Source of the DNA: a virus
Length of the DNA stretch: 64,000 nucleotides
IMG/VR virus record: IMGVR_UViG_3300029258_002996
Direction: 5' to 3' (one strand)
Each line of letters starts with the position of its first letter. The stretch's first letter is position 1. Below, piece after piece: positions 48,557 through 56,196 of this stretch. Both the position numbers and the translations under genes were made by a program. The notes beneath the pieces were generated by a model that did no database searches, had not been told where the DNA came from, and saw nothing but the letters and a program-made list of their open reading frames with translations.

Positions 48557-48912
48557 TGACCAAACTTCCTGTCCAAACTCTCTTTCAACGCAGCCCCTTC
48601 TTCAGTCACCCAGCCCCAATCCAACTCAGAATACGGAATCTCCTCACGACTCAGCAATTCACGAATCAATTTCTCCGCGATTCCCTTTCCTTGGTACTCC
48701 GGTTTTACGGTTATCATGCTGATCTGATACTCATCTTGATAGACCGTGTAGTCGAGATATCCCAACCCAGTTCCATCCTTCGAATCAAACGCGGCAATCC
48801 AGCCATTGTACTGATCTGAGCCGACAACGTCACCCCCAGATTGAAACGTCAACTCAGGTTCGACCGCTTGAGCGATTCTGGAAAACGCTGCTTCTGGGAT
48901 CCCAAGCCTCAT
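48553..48912 (-). CDS. GNAT-family acetyltransferase
   Basis: ISMITVKPEYQGKGIAEKLI (motif A Q/RxxGxA), TEEGAAL. Confidence 0.78.
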   Translation of the reverse strand: MRLGIPEAAFSRIAQAVEPELTFQSGGDVVGSDQYNGWIAAFDSKDGTGLGYLDYTVYQDEYQISMITVKPEYQGKGIAEKLIRELLSREEIPYSELDWGWVTEEGAALKESLDRKFGQ

Positions 48913-49079
48913 CTCGACTCCAAAAGCTCCTTGAACAGCTCGGCCAATGATTTTTGTCCGAGCCCTTGATCGTATTCATCTATCAGTTTTTTCCACTTCG
49001 CTTCATCTACGAGATTGACGAACTTCTGGTTGTCCTTTTTGTTCGGATCGAAAAGGTCTATTTCGATCTTCTCAGGCAT
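48909..49079 (-). CDS. Small hypothetical protein (56 aa, not in ORF track)
   Basis: MPEKIEIDLFDPNKKDNQKFVNLVDEAKWKKLIDEYDQGLGQKSLAELFKELLESR; TAATG and ATGA overlaps with both neighbours. Confidence 0.7.
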   Translation of the reverse strand: MPEKIEIDLFDPNKKDNQKFVNLVDEAKWKKLIDEYDQGLGQKSLAELFKELLESR

Positions 49080-49987
49080 TATCCCGTAGCCCAGATCCCT
49101 CGGTACAGAGCCCCGACCGGCGACGAGGCCAGCAGCAACCCATACGCCATGTCCATTCTCATCTCGACCATCGCGGTTCCGCTATCCACAAATTGAAGCT
49201 TGAATTCCCGAATCAGCTTGTCCAACTCACCTTTCAGATGGCTGAGATAGCCCGACAAGTACTGAGCGTGGACCTGGACGAACGAATGGCCCTGATCGTT
49301 GTACGAGGGAATGTCCGTGTCGATGGCGAAGATAAGCTGACTCGTGATTCCCTGGTACAGCGCGGCTTTGATGAGAATATCGCTGTGGGTCGTAATGGGA
49401 AAAAGATCAAATGTCGAGAACGTCGGATATGGCTGGTGCTCGTTGATATAATGCAACCCCAGCTTGAGCAGCATGATGAGCTGCCCATCGCTCCAACCCA
49501 AAAAGCAGAGTCTTTCCGGCAAGATAGGCTTGATCACCTTATCCAGAAGCAACCTAAACGAAGGAAGTAATGTCAAAGTTTTCGGTGAAATCACTTCCAG
49601 AATCTGAGTCCGGTACGCATCCTCGGTCGTCGCGTTCTGACGAGAATGCCAATTGAAGAGGACCGCTCGATTCGTGTCGGTCTCGTTCTCCCCAGTACCC
49701 CACTTGATGTAGTACTTTCCCGGAGCAACCTTGACTATTCGATGATCCGTTTGTGTCGGAAGCTTCGGCCAGTAGGATTCCGAGTACAGAGAGTTCCCGG
49801 CGATGTCAGTTACTTCGAGTTCGAGTTCCCCAGTCGGATCCCCATTCGGAAGATTCCCCTCTTCAATATCGATTGATGCGCCTGTTTGATCTTGCAACTC
49901 AATGTTCACTCGACGCAACGAGTCGGTACGTGCCATCTCTATCATGTTGGCGACAGAAGGTTGATCGTATCCGGGAACGATTATCAT
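49079..49987 (-). CDS. Head-tail adaptor / neck protein
   Basis: WSDGQL...LHYINEHQPYPT...SYNDQGHSF; neck position. Confidence 0.58.
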   Translation of the reverse strand: MIIVPGYDQPSVANMIEMARTDSLRRVNIELQDQTGASIDIEEGNLPNGDPTGELELEVTDIAGNSLYSESYWPKLPTQTDHRIVKVAPGKYYIKWGTGENETDTNRAVLFNWHSRQNATTEDAYRTQILEVISPKTLTLLPSFRLLLDKVIKPILPERLCFLGWSDGQLIMLLKLGLHYINEHQPYPTFSTFDLFPITTHSDILIKAALYQGITSQLIFAIDTDIPSYNDQGHSFVQVHAQYLSGYLSHLKGELDKLIREFKLQFVDSGTAMVEMRMDMAYGLLLASSPVGALYRGIWATG

Positions 49988-50340
49988 TTGCTCGCAGCCT
50001 TTTGCTCCGCTTGACGAAACTCCAGAGTATTCGCGTCAACTATCTCTGGAAAGAATCCAATGCGGTCGCCCACCTCCTCCGAAATGCGCGCCACGGCGGT
50101 TTCCATCTCGGGGGAGTAGAAATCCCGGTCCAAGAGCCCCTCCCCTTCGAGGACGTACACATTGTCGGACGGCTGGAAAATCTGAGACAACATCTTCACG
50201 TAAGCTTCATCTGGTCCTGCCTGAATGTAGTCCTGGAGATGAAAAAAGAGACTTTCCGCCAAACGCTCCTTCTCGTCAGTGAGAGCAAGCTTTGCTCGGA
50301 CCCTCCCCAGACCCTCTGAACTGATTCCCCGCAGCTTCAT
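49984..50340 (-). CDS. Hypothetical protein with shared N-terminal leader
   Basis: MKLRGISSEGLGRVRAKLA...; start 50340 lies just after the upstream stop. Confidence 0.6.
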   Translation of the reverse strand: MKLRGISSEGLGRVRAKLALTDEKERLAESLFFHLQDYIQAGPDEAYVKMLSQIFQPSDNVYVLEGEGLLDRDFYSPEMETAVARISEEVGDRIGFFPEIVDANTLEFRQAEQKAASK

Positions 50341-50341
50341 T

Positions 50342-50722
50342 TTAGTCACCAACGATCACGACAAAGGGCTTCGCCTCGACCGCTCCTGCGGTAATCTCGA
50401 CTGCCGTGATTCCGCCGAGAGCGATCATCATGAAGCCTTCGTCAGCCAGACTCAAAATCTCGGATCCACCGTTCAGCTTGAACGTGATGGCCTTGTCGGT
50501 CCCGATGTACAGGAACTTCCCGTCTGCGATGGTCCCGAAATCAACGACCTTCGAAGTCGTCGCCGCGATGGTCAGCTCGTAATTCGCCTTCTCGTTGTAT
50601 TCGATAGTCGCTGAGTTCGCGCTCGGGGTGGCTGTCGGGGCTCCGATAATGACCTGGGTCGTCGATCCGCCCGGAGCGTTCGGCAGCGTCATCGTACCGG
50701 TGATAACCAGATTTTCGGACAT
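50342..50722 (-). CDS. Hypothetical beta-rich virion protein
   Basis: 126 aa, Gly/Thr/Ala rich. Confidence 0.55.
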   Translation of the reverse strand: MSENLVITGTMTLPNAPGGSTTQVIIGAPTATPSANSATIEYNEKANYELTIAATTSKVVDFGTIADGKFLYIGTDKAITFKLNGGSEILSLADEGFMMIALGGITAVEITAGAVEAKPFVVIVGD

Positions 50723-50723
50723 G

Positions 50724-51194
50724 TTACTCTCCTGTCGATTTGGAAAGCCCGAAGCTCAAGCCAACGGCTAGTACAGCCCCGAGCACAAAGCCTACGCCTG
50801 CCCAGAAAGGCGGCGATCTGTACCATTTGTTCAACCTCTCAAGATCCTCTCGATACTGCTTCCTTTCCATCTCGTTGATCTTGATCTGTTGATTGAAAGA
50901 GTTTTCCCAACGAAGTCCAATCTCCTGAGTGAGTTTGATATCCTCCTTGAGCAATGCGATGCGGTCGTCGCTGAGCTTCGCCCGCAGCTCATACTTTTCG
51001 ATCTTCAACTCCAGCTCGGGAAGCTTCTTGAGATCCGCGAGCATTCGGGTAGCGGTCTCCTCCGCAAACCAAAATCCAGTATGCCCTTTGATCTTTACGA
51101 TTCGGCTCTCGGGAATTTCTTCCTCGGCGAACGCGATCTGCGGAACCGCCAGCAAGAAAGTCAAAATTATGGGAAGGATCCGTTTCATTTCCAA
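50724..51194 (-). CDS. Spanin-like protein: signal peptide, coiled coil, C-terminal TM
   Basis: MKRILPIILTFLLAVPQIAFA|EEE; coiled coil; KWYRSPPFWAGVGFVLGAVLAVGL. Confidence 0.55.
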   Translation of the reverse strand: MEMKRILPIILTFLLAVPQIAFAEEEIPESRIVKIKGHTGFWFAEETATRMLADLKKLPELELKIEKYELRAKLSDDRIALLKEDIKLTQEIGLRWENSFNQQIKINEMERKQYREDLERLNKWYRSPPFWAGVGFVLGAVLAVGLSFGLSKSTGE

Positions 51195-51208
51195 CTCATT
51201 CCCGAAAA

Positions 51209-51559
51209 TTAGTAACCCAAATCTTTGAATTCCTTGAGTTTTCGTTTCGCACTCATCTTTTTTATTTCACGACCATCGATTTCGATTTTCATATCGATGG
51301 CTTTGATCTCCTTATCAATCGCCTCTACCTCGTCAGCCACCTCTCCCTCGCGACGACGGATGATTTCACGCTTCCCTTCGAGCTTCGCGATCTTCACTTT
51401 GTTTTTGTGAACTTCAACCTTCCGTTTGTTAATGAGTGCCCGTTGAATGTCCTTCCGGAACATCCCGGCTGCGATTGCAGCCACAACGATGCCGAGCGCT
51501 CCGGCAATGATTTGCCAGTTGCGCTTGCACCATCTCCAGGCTCTCTTCAACCAGGCCAT
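51209..51559 (-). CDS. i-spanin-like protein (N-terminal TM + coiled coil)
   Basis: MAWLKRAWRWCKRNWQIIAGALGIVVAAIAAGMF; start 51559 by TGATG overlap. Confidence 0.55.
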   Translation of the reverse strand: MAWLKRAWRWCKRNWQIIAGALGIVVAAIAAGMFRKDIQRALINKRKVEVHKNKVKIAKLEGKREIIRRREGEVADEVEAIDKEIKAIDMKIEIDGREIKKMSAKRKLKEFKDLGY

Positions 51560-51813
51560 CAGTACTCGTCGTCGCCTCCAATAGGAAGATCGTGCATCTG
51601 GATAATGAACTCCAGATTCTCCTGAGCCTCTTGGGAAGACATCGCGCGCATAAGTTCTTCGAGAAGCGTGGCATCCCCTAGCATCTCCCGAACCTGTTCG
51701 AACAGATCCCAAACAGCATCAGAAGTTCCCGCCTTCTTCTCGGGAACCTTCTGCCCCATGCGCTCGGCGATCTTCGCCACACTGTCGTCTCTGATTCCAC
51801 TTCGAATTCTCAT
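51559..51813 (-). CDS. Small hypothetical protein with shared N-terminal leader
   Basis: MRIRSGIRDDSVAKIAERM...; GGAGG RBS. Confidence 0.62.
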   Translation of the reverse strand: MRIRSGIRDDSVAKIAERMGQKVPEKKAGTSDAVWDLFEQVREMLGDATLLEELMRAMSSQEAQENLEFIIQMHDLPIGGDDEY

Positions 51814-51814
51814 C

Positions 51815-52141
51815 TTACTCCTCCAGTTCCTTGTGATACGCCTGCTTCTTTGCCAGCTTCGTCTTTGAGGCGATGCTGGTCGAGAAGAATTTGTAGATCA
51901 ACGAGGAGAGCTGCCCGAGAGCGCCACCGAGGAGTAGCTGCTCTTTCATCGATTCGACAGGCAGGAGCAGCCCCCCGACGAGACCGAGAATAATCGGAAG
52001 GAACGGGAGCAACCGGATCCCGACTTCGTGGTGCTTGAAGAACTTCTTGAAACCGGCCTTCAGACCTTGAACCACTCCGGCCACGATGATCGGATGGGCG
52101 CAATACGGGCCATATTCTTGTACGAGATCGAAAATCTCCAT
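51815..52141 (-). CDS. Putative holin
   Basis: 108 aa with 2-3 hydrophobic segments and a charged C-terminus, next to spanin-like genes. Confidence 0.62.
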   Translation of the reverse strand: MEIFDLVQEYGPYCAHPIIVAGVVQGLKAGFKKFFKHHEVGIRLLPFLPIILGLVGGLLLPVESMKEQLLLGGALGQLSSLIYKFFSTSIASKTKLAKKQAYHKELEE

Positions 52142-52153
52142 CGACTTTTCCTC

Positions 52154-52609
52154 CTATACGTGATCACCGACAGTGCGGGACACGAAGACTACTCTGCCCG
52201 AAACGGGCGAAGCTTTTTGGTTTGTCAGCTCCACTACAATGGGAAATCCCTTGAGCGCGCTGTCCTGAACCGATCTCCCAAAAGGGATGTTCTTGTTGCC
52301 TGGAAGCAGCGTAGCGTCTTCCCAAATCACATCGCAGAGTTCCGCGCCCCCTGCGATGCTGCCGCTTCCTTGAGATTTTCCTCGAACATGAGTAGAACCT
52401 TCCTTGAAAGGTTCCCCAGTCCAGCCACCGCCGTACAAAACCTCCCAATCGAGATCAAGCGCAGCGGTAACCAAACCCCCGCTCAAAACCCAAATCGTCA
52501 TGTTGCGAATGGGCTCGCTCACCGGGGCGTCCCAAAGACGAATCGTATCCTGAGCGCCTCCGGATGCCGTCAGCTCGAATTCCCGTACTGTTACCCTGAA
52601 AGCTCCCAT
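52154..52609 (-). CDS. Putative virion protein, tandem paralog B
   Basis: Shares LDWEVxYGGGWTGEPFK, GSTH, ELCD, RTVGDHV with 52619..53062. Confidence 0.65.
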   Translation of the reverse strand: MGAFRVTVREFELTASGGAQDTIRLWDAPVSEPIRNMTIWVLSGGLVTAALDLDWEVLYGGGWTGEPFKEGSTHVRGKSQGSGSIAGGAELCDVIWEDATLLPGNKNIPFGRSVQDSALKGFPIVVELTNQKASPVSGRVVFVSRTVGDHV

Positions 52610-52618
52610 TCCTCGCTC

Positions 52619-53062
52619 CTATACGTGATCGCCCACGGTACGGCACACAAAAACCGCATTCAACGTCAGCGGTACGGCCTTGTTATTCTTCAGGTACAAG
52701 ACGACCGGAAAGCCCTGCAAGGCACTGTCTGAGACCGATCTTCCCGCTGGTATGTTCTGGTTCGGAGGAAGAAGTGTTCCGTCTTCCCAAACCATGTCGC
52801 ACAGCTCTGTACCGCCTGCGATAGCACCGCTTGCCTGAGATTTGCCCTTCAAGTGAGTAGAGCCCGATTTGAAAGGCTCCCCGGTCCAGCCGCCACCGTA
52901 GAAAACCTCCCAATCGAGGTTCCCCGCAGCAGTCGGGACTCCTCCATTGAGAAGCCAAATAGTCATATCTTTAAAAGGCTCACTCAAAGGAGCTGCCCAG
53001 ATACGAGTAGCAGCACCTGCTGCAAGAGTTACGGTACGGACAGTTTCTTGGAAAGCTCCCAT
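52619..53062 (-). CDS. Putative virion protein, tandem paralog A
   Basis: Paralog of the downstream gene; GAGGTG RBS. Confidence 0.65.
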   Translation of the reverse strand: MGAFQETVRTVTLAAGAATRIWAAPLSEPFKDMTIWLLNGGVPTAAGNLDWEVFYGGGWTGEPFKSGSTHLKGKSQASGAIAGGTELCDMVWEDGTLLPPNQNIPAGRSVSDSALQGFPVVLYLKNNKAVPLTLNAVFVCRTVGDHV

Positions 53063-53144
53063 CGATCACCTCGTATAAGACGCAATGGTCCGTTTGGTAT
53101 GAGAATACCATAAAACAAATTCGGAAAGATAAAGAGACTCCGAT

Positions 53145-53975
53145 TTACTCGGGTGCGCCGTCGATTTTTGACTCCAGCTCTTTCTGCGCGAACTTCTTGA
53201 CCGTCTTCCAGTAGCCTTTCCCCATCAGATACTCAAGATCGGCCCTCGTCAGCTCCATCGCCCGAAGCTCATCGAGCATCTGATTGGCGGACATCCTTTT
53301 GTCCTTCTCCACATCGTCGCCGACTTGCGCGCACAATCCGATCACCCGAGCAGTGACAATGTCGTCCGGCGATTGAGGAGCAGCAGCCTGCTCTTCCGTC
53401 AGTTCCTCGATAGTCCTGCGAGGCCCGGCGTCCTTGTTGGTGTACGCCTGCTTGTTCTGGATCGCGGCCTGTCCTTGGTGCGCCTCATCCATCTCGGTTT
53501 GCGCATCCGTACCTCGGCTCTTCGCCTTCTTTTCGTAGTAAGCGAGATACTCCTCCTCCTCCAGCAAGATCAACGCCGGAGGACGGCGATTGATCATCTT
53601 CCGAAAATCGGGAGAATCCTTGATCGCGCTGAAAGGCACCAACTGGGTGAGGTTGATTGGATCCGGGTTTCGTGGAATCAACACGGATTCGGTTCGACCC
53701 ATTCCCATCTCGAACATCAGGGAAACCTGCGTATTCGACTTGTTCTGGACATACACATCATGCTCTTCCCTAAAGTACTTAGTGAAGTTCGTGATCGCCC
53801 CTGCTGCACTTGGCATATTAGCCTCCTTTGGCTTTTCGATCAGTTGTATGGCGTAGGGGCGACGTCCCGCGACTCGCGCCCTACCCCGGTTCACCAGTTT
53901 CCGCGCCCTGGCGGGGTGGGTGGCCGACAAAATGGTTCCATCAGGTCCAAGGACTGGAACACGATTCGTCGACAC
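53145..53975 (-). CDS. Protein with N-terminal RRXRR/PLMP (IscB-type) domain; internal second start at 53816
   Basis: RVPVLGPDGTILSATHPARARKLVNRGRARVAGRRPYAIQL; no RuvC or HNH motifs follow; AAGGAGG precedes in-frame ATG 53816. Confidence 0.72.
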   Translation of the reverse strand: MSTNRVPVLGPDGTILSATHPARARKLVNRGRARVAGRRPYAIQLIEKPKEANMPSAAGAITNFTKYFREEHDVYVQNKSNTQVSLMFEMGMGRTESVLIPRNPDPINLTQLVPFSAIKDSPDFRKMINRRPPALILLEEEEYLAYYEKKAKSRGTDAQTEMDEAHQGQAAIQNKQAYTNKDAGPRRTIEELTEEQAAAPQSPDDIVTARVIGLCAQVGDDVEKDKRMSANQMLDELRAMELTRADLEYLMGKGYWKTVKKFAQKELESKIDGAPE

Positions 53976-54110
53976 ACCAACTATCCTCGTTGGGAATCAG
54001 AGCTTTCGCTCAATCTCCCGCCTACGCGGGGTTAAAGAGTCGGAGGGAAGGGGACGCTCAGCGTCCCCATACGAAGGCGTTACCGTCTTCGCCCCTCTTC
54101 CTCAGTTTTC
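53976..54110 (-). ncRNA. Highly structured intergenic leader containing double-hairpin element copy 1
   Basis: Five hairpins in 135 nt: 54072-54091 (GUAA loop), 54050-54068 (8-bp stem), 54017-54030, 54000-54011 (GAAA loop), 53977-53993 (GAGGA in loop). Confidence 0.55.
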
Positions 54111-55385
54111 CTACTTCGAGCCCTTGGCGCACGCACGCGCGTTCGGGATCACGAATCCGATCATCTCGACAAAGGCCCAGCCTTTCACCGTCTCCTGCTG
54201 CGCGTACTTGTTGTACGGCTCGGAGAACAGCTCGATCCTGACGCCCATCTCGCCCATGTATTCGGCTCCGGTCGTCGCGTAGAAGGTCCCTGCCGGGATC
54301 ACTTCCTCGACACCGGTACCGGCTGCGGTGAGGATCTGCGCGTTCAAGATATTGCCGATGTAACCGGCCAGGATCAGCTCACGCTCGGTGACCGGATCCA
54401 CCGCAGCCGACATCGTCTTCACGACATCGGACAGCTCGGCACGAGAGATCAGGAAGTTCTCGACCATCAGACGATGGCGCTCGACCTGATACCGGACATC
54501 CTCGAAAGCGTTCAGGCCAAGAGAACCGAACGTGGTCACGGTATTCTCGGTCTGGGCAGCCTCGTCGATGATGGCGATACCGGCCTTGTCCTCCTGAAGC
54601 TCGATCTCCTGCCGCGCGGTGTCCTGAGCACGATCCAAGACATCGAAGTTCATCTGATAGATGTCCATGATGTCGATGGACGGGAAGCTCGTCACCTTCC
54701 ACTCGGGCGGGGTGACCCACTTCGTCTTGATCCTCGACTCGGGGGTCTGCCCGTCTTGGCCAACCACCCAGGCGACCGAACGGATATCCAGCGGCACGCG
54801 GAACAGCTCGGCCTGGGCCAGCTTGCGTACACGATAGATCTTCCGGGAGAAGCCTTCGTAGTCGAGAATCGCCTTGATCGGGAGCGCCAGCTCCTGACCG
54901 ACGATGTGGAAGCCCTGACCCGAGGGATCCTGGAGAGCCGCCGCCAAGATGTCCCGACGCGCTTCCTTCGAGATGCCCGACTCCGTGTCCGGACGGTAGA
55001 AGGAGAGCGCGTTGGCGTTCTGCTTCACCGTCTCGTTCAGGAGCTGATGCACCTGCGTCATCGCGTCGCGACGGTCGATGGCGTTGACCTCGCCTCTCGA
55101 ATCAAACATGCGGCGATCCGAACGTCCGCGAGTCGCGTGGCGGCTCGACGGATGATCGTAACGCTGCGGGTTGAAGGTACCGTCGCCCTGGAACAGGGTT
55201 TCGTCCTTCTTCGATCCGAACCGACTCCTCGGACGTGCAGCGAGTCTGCGCCGCTCGTCCTTCGGAGCTTCTTTCCGAGCCTGTCGGGGAGCGGGACGCT
55301 TACCCCGGGTAGGCTCACCTCGCCGAGCTGCCTTGGTGGGCACGGGACGGCGCTTCTTGGAAATCCTTTTGTACGGATTATTCAT
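54111..55385 (-). CDS. Major capsid protein (HK97 fold) with basic N-terminal extension
   Basis: ELALPIKAILDYEGFSRK, FDVLDRAQDTARQEIELQED, GWAFVEMIGFVIPN; follows protease/scaffold; strongly biased codon use. Confidence 0.88.
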   Translation of the reverse strand: MNNPYKRISKKRRPVPTKAARRGEPTRGKRPAPRQARKEAPKDERRRLAARPRSRFGSKKDETLFQGDGTFNPQRYDHPSSRHATRGRSDRRMFDSRGEVNAIDRRDAMTQVHQLLNETVKQNANALSFYRPDTESGISKEARRDILAAALQDPSGQGFHIVGQELALPIKAILDYEGFSRKIYRVRKLAQAELFRVPLDIRSVAWVVGQDGQTPESRIKTKWVTPPEWKVTSFPSIDIMDIYQMNFDVLDRAQDTARQEIELQEDKAGIAIIDEAAQTENTVTTFGSLGLNAFEDVRYQVERHRLMVENFLISRAELSDVVKTMSAAVDPVTERELILAGYIGNILNAQILTAAGTGVEEVIPAGTFYATTGAEYMGEMGVRIELFSEPYNKYAQQETVKGWAFVEMIGFVIPNARACAKGSK

Positions 55386-55398
55386 GATGCACCTCCGC

Positions 55399-56166
55399 CT
55401 AGCTCAGCATTCCGCCGACGTACCGCACGCCCAGGAAGGGGTCGTCCGCCGTGGGCACTTGGAACACGTTTCCGATGAATGCGCCGCCGCCACCCTTGGT
55501 GACGAGGCCCGACTTGGTGTTTCCCGAGGTCCCGGCGTTCAGAGCGTCGTTGACCGCGTAGGTTTGCGACGGGTCGTACTGGGTCGTGAAAATGATCGAC
55601 CAGTCGTTGATGACTGTGATCTTTCCGCCCTGCTGATCCACGTCGTTGATGAAGTTCCAGAAGTTGCGCCCCTCGAACTTCAGTTCGGCCTCAGTAACCT
55701 GGTACTGATAATCGACGCGGACGTAATCGCCATCGCCGATGGAACCGAGCGCCACACGGGTCACCTGACCGTTGGTGTAGTTCACCGTGTAGTCTGTCGT
55801 TTCTGCGTAAACCACCGTGCGGTCATCGTTGGTCACTCGAATTCCGCCCGAGGCACCCGGTACCCACAGATTCGCGTGGGCCAGGTTGGTTGCGGTGGTA
55901 GCGTTCAGTTGGATCCGCTCGCCTACGACTGCCGCGTACAACGTGTTGACCTTGTTGTACTTGGTAAACCCGAAGGGCTCCGTGCCGTCCGAAACGATGA
56001 TCTCCTGACTGGAATTGAGCTGAACCAGCATTCCAGCCCGGAAGGTCGTCGCTGCGTTGGCAACGTAGATCCCCAGGTTGCGGGTGTAGACCGAGCGCAT
56101 CAAATCAATTCCGATTGCTCGGGAACTGACCCTGAAGGCTTCCATGCGTGGTGAAAACAAGCTCAT
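55399..56166 (-). CDS. Putative head decoration protein
   Basis: Directly upstream of capsid gene; FRAGMLVQL, YTVNYTNGQV, IGNVFQVPTADDPFLGV. Confidence 0.6.
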   Translation of the reverse strand: MSLFSPRMEAFRVSSRAIGIDLMRSVYTRNLGIYVANAATTFRAGMLVQLNSSQEIIVSDGTEPFGFTKYNKVNTLYAAVVGERIQLNATTATNLAHANLWVPGASGGIRVTNDDRTVVYAETTDYTVNYTNGQVTRVALGSIGDGDYVRVDYQYQVTEAELKFEGRNFWNFINDVDQQGGKITVINDWSIIFTTQYDPSQTYAVNDALNAGTSGNTKSGLVTKGGGGAFIGNVFQVPTADDPFLGVRYVGGMLS

Positions 56167-56196
56167 GGTTTTCGCCTCCTAATGCGTCCTTGCCGC

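Noticed and set aside
53145-53975. Intact IscB/IsrB nuclease or IS200/605 element
   Set aside because: No RuvC or HNH motifs, no tnpA, and the leader is short for a full omega RNA.
54000-54110. Hammerhead ribozyme (CUGAGGA and GAAA present)
   Set aside because: No stem II closes between CUGAGGA and a GAAA; the GAAA is a hairpin tetraloop.
33563-56154. Long plus-strand ORFs (e.g. 33563..35245, 45093..45962, 54474..55478, 55171..56154)
   Set aside because: Antisense shadows of GC3-rich minus-strand genes with no recognisable motifs.
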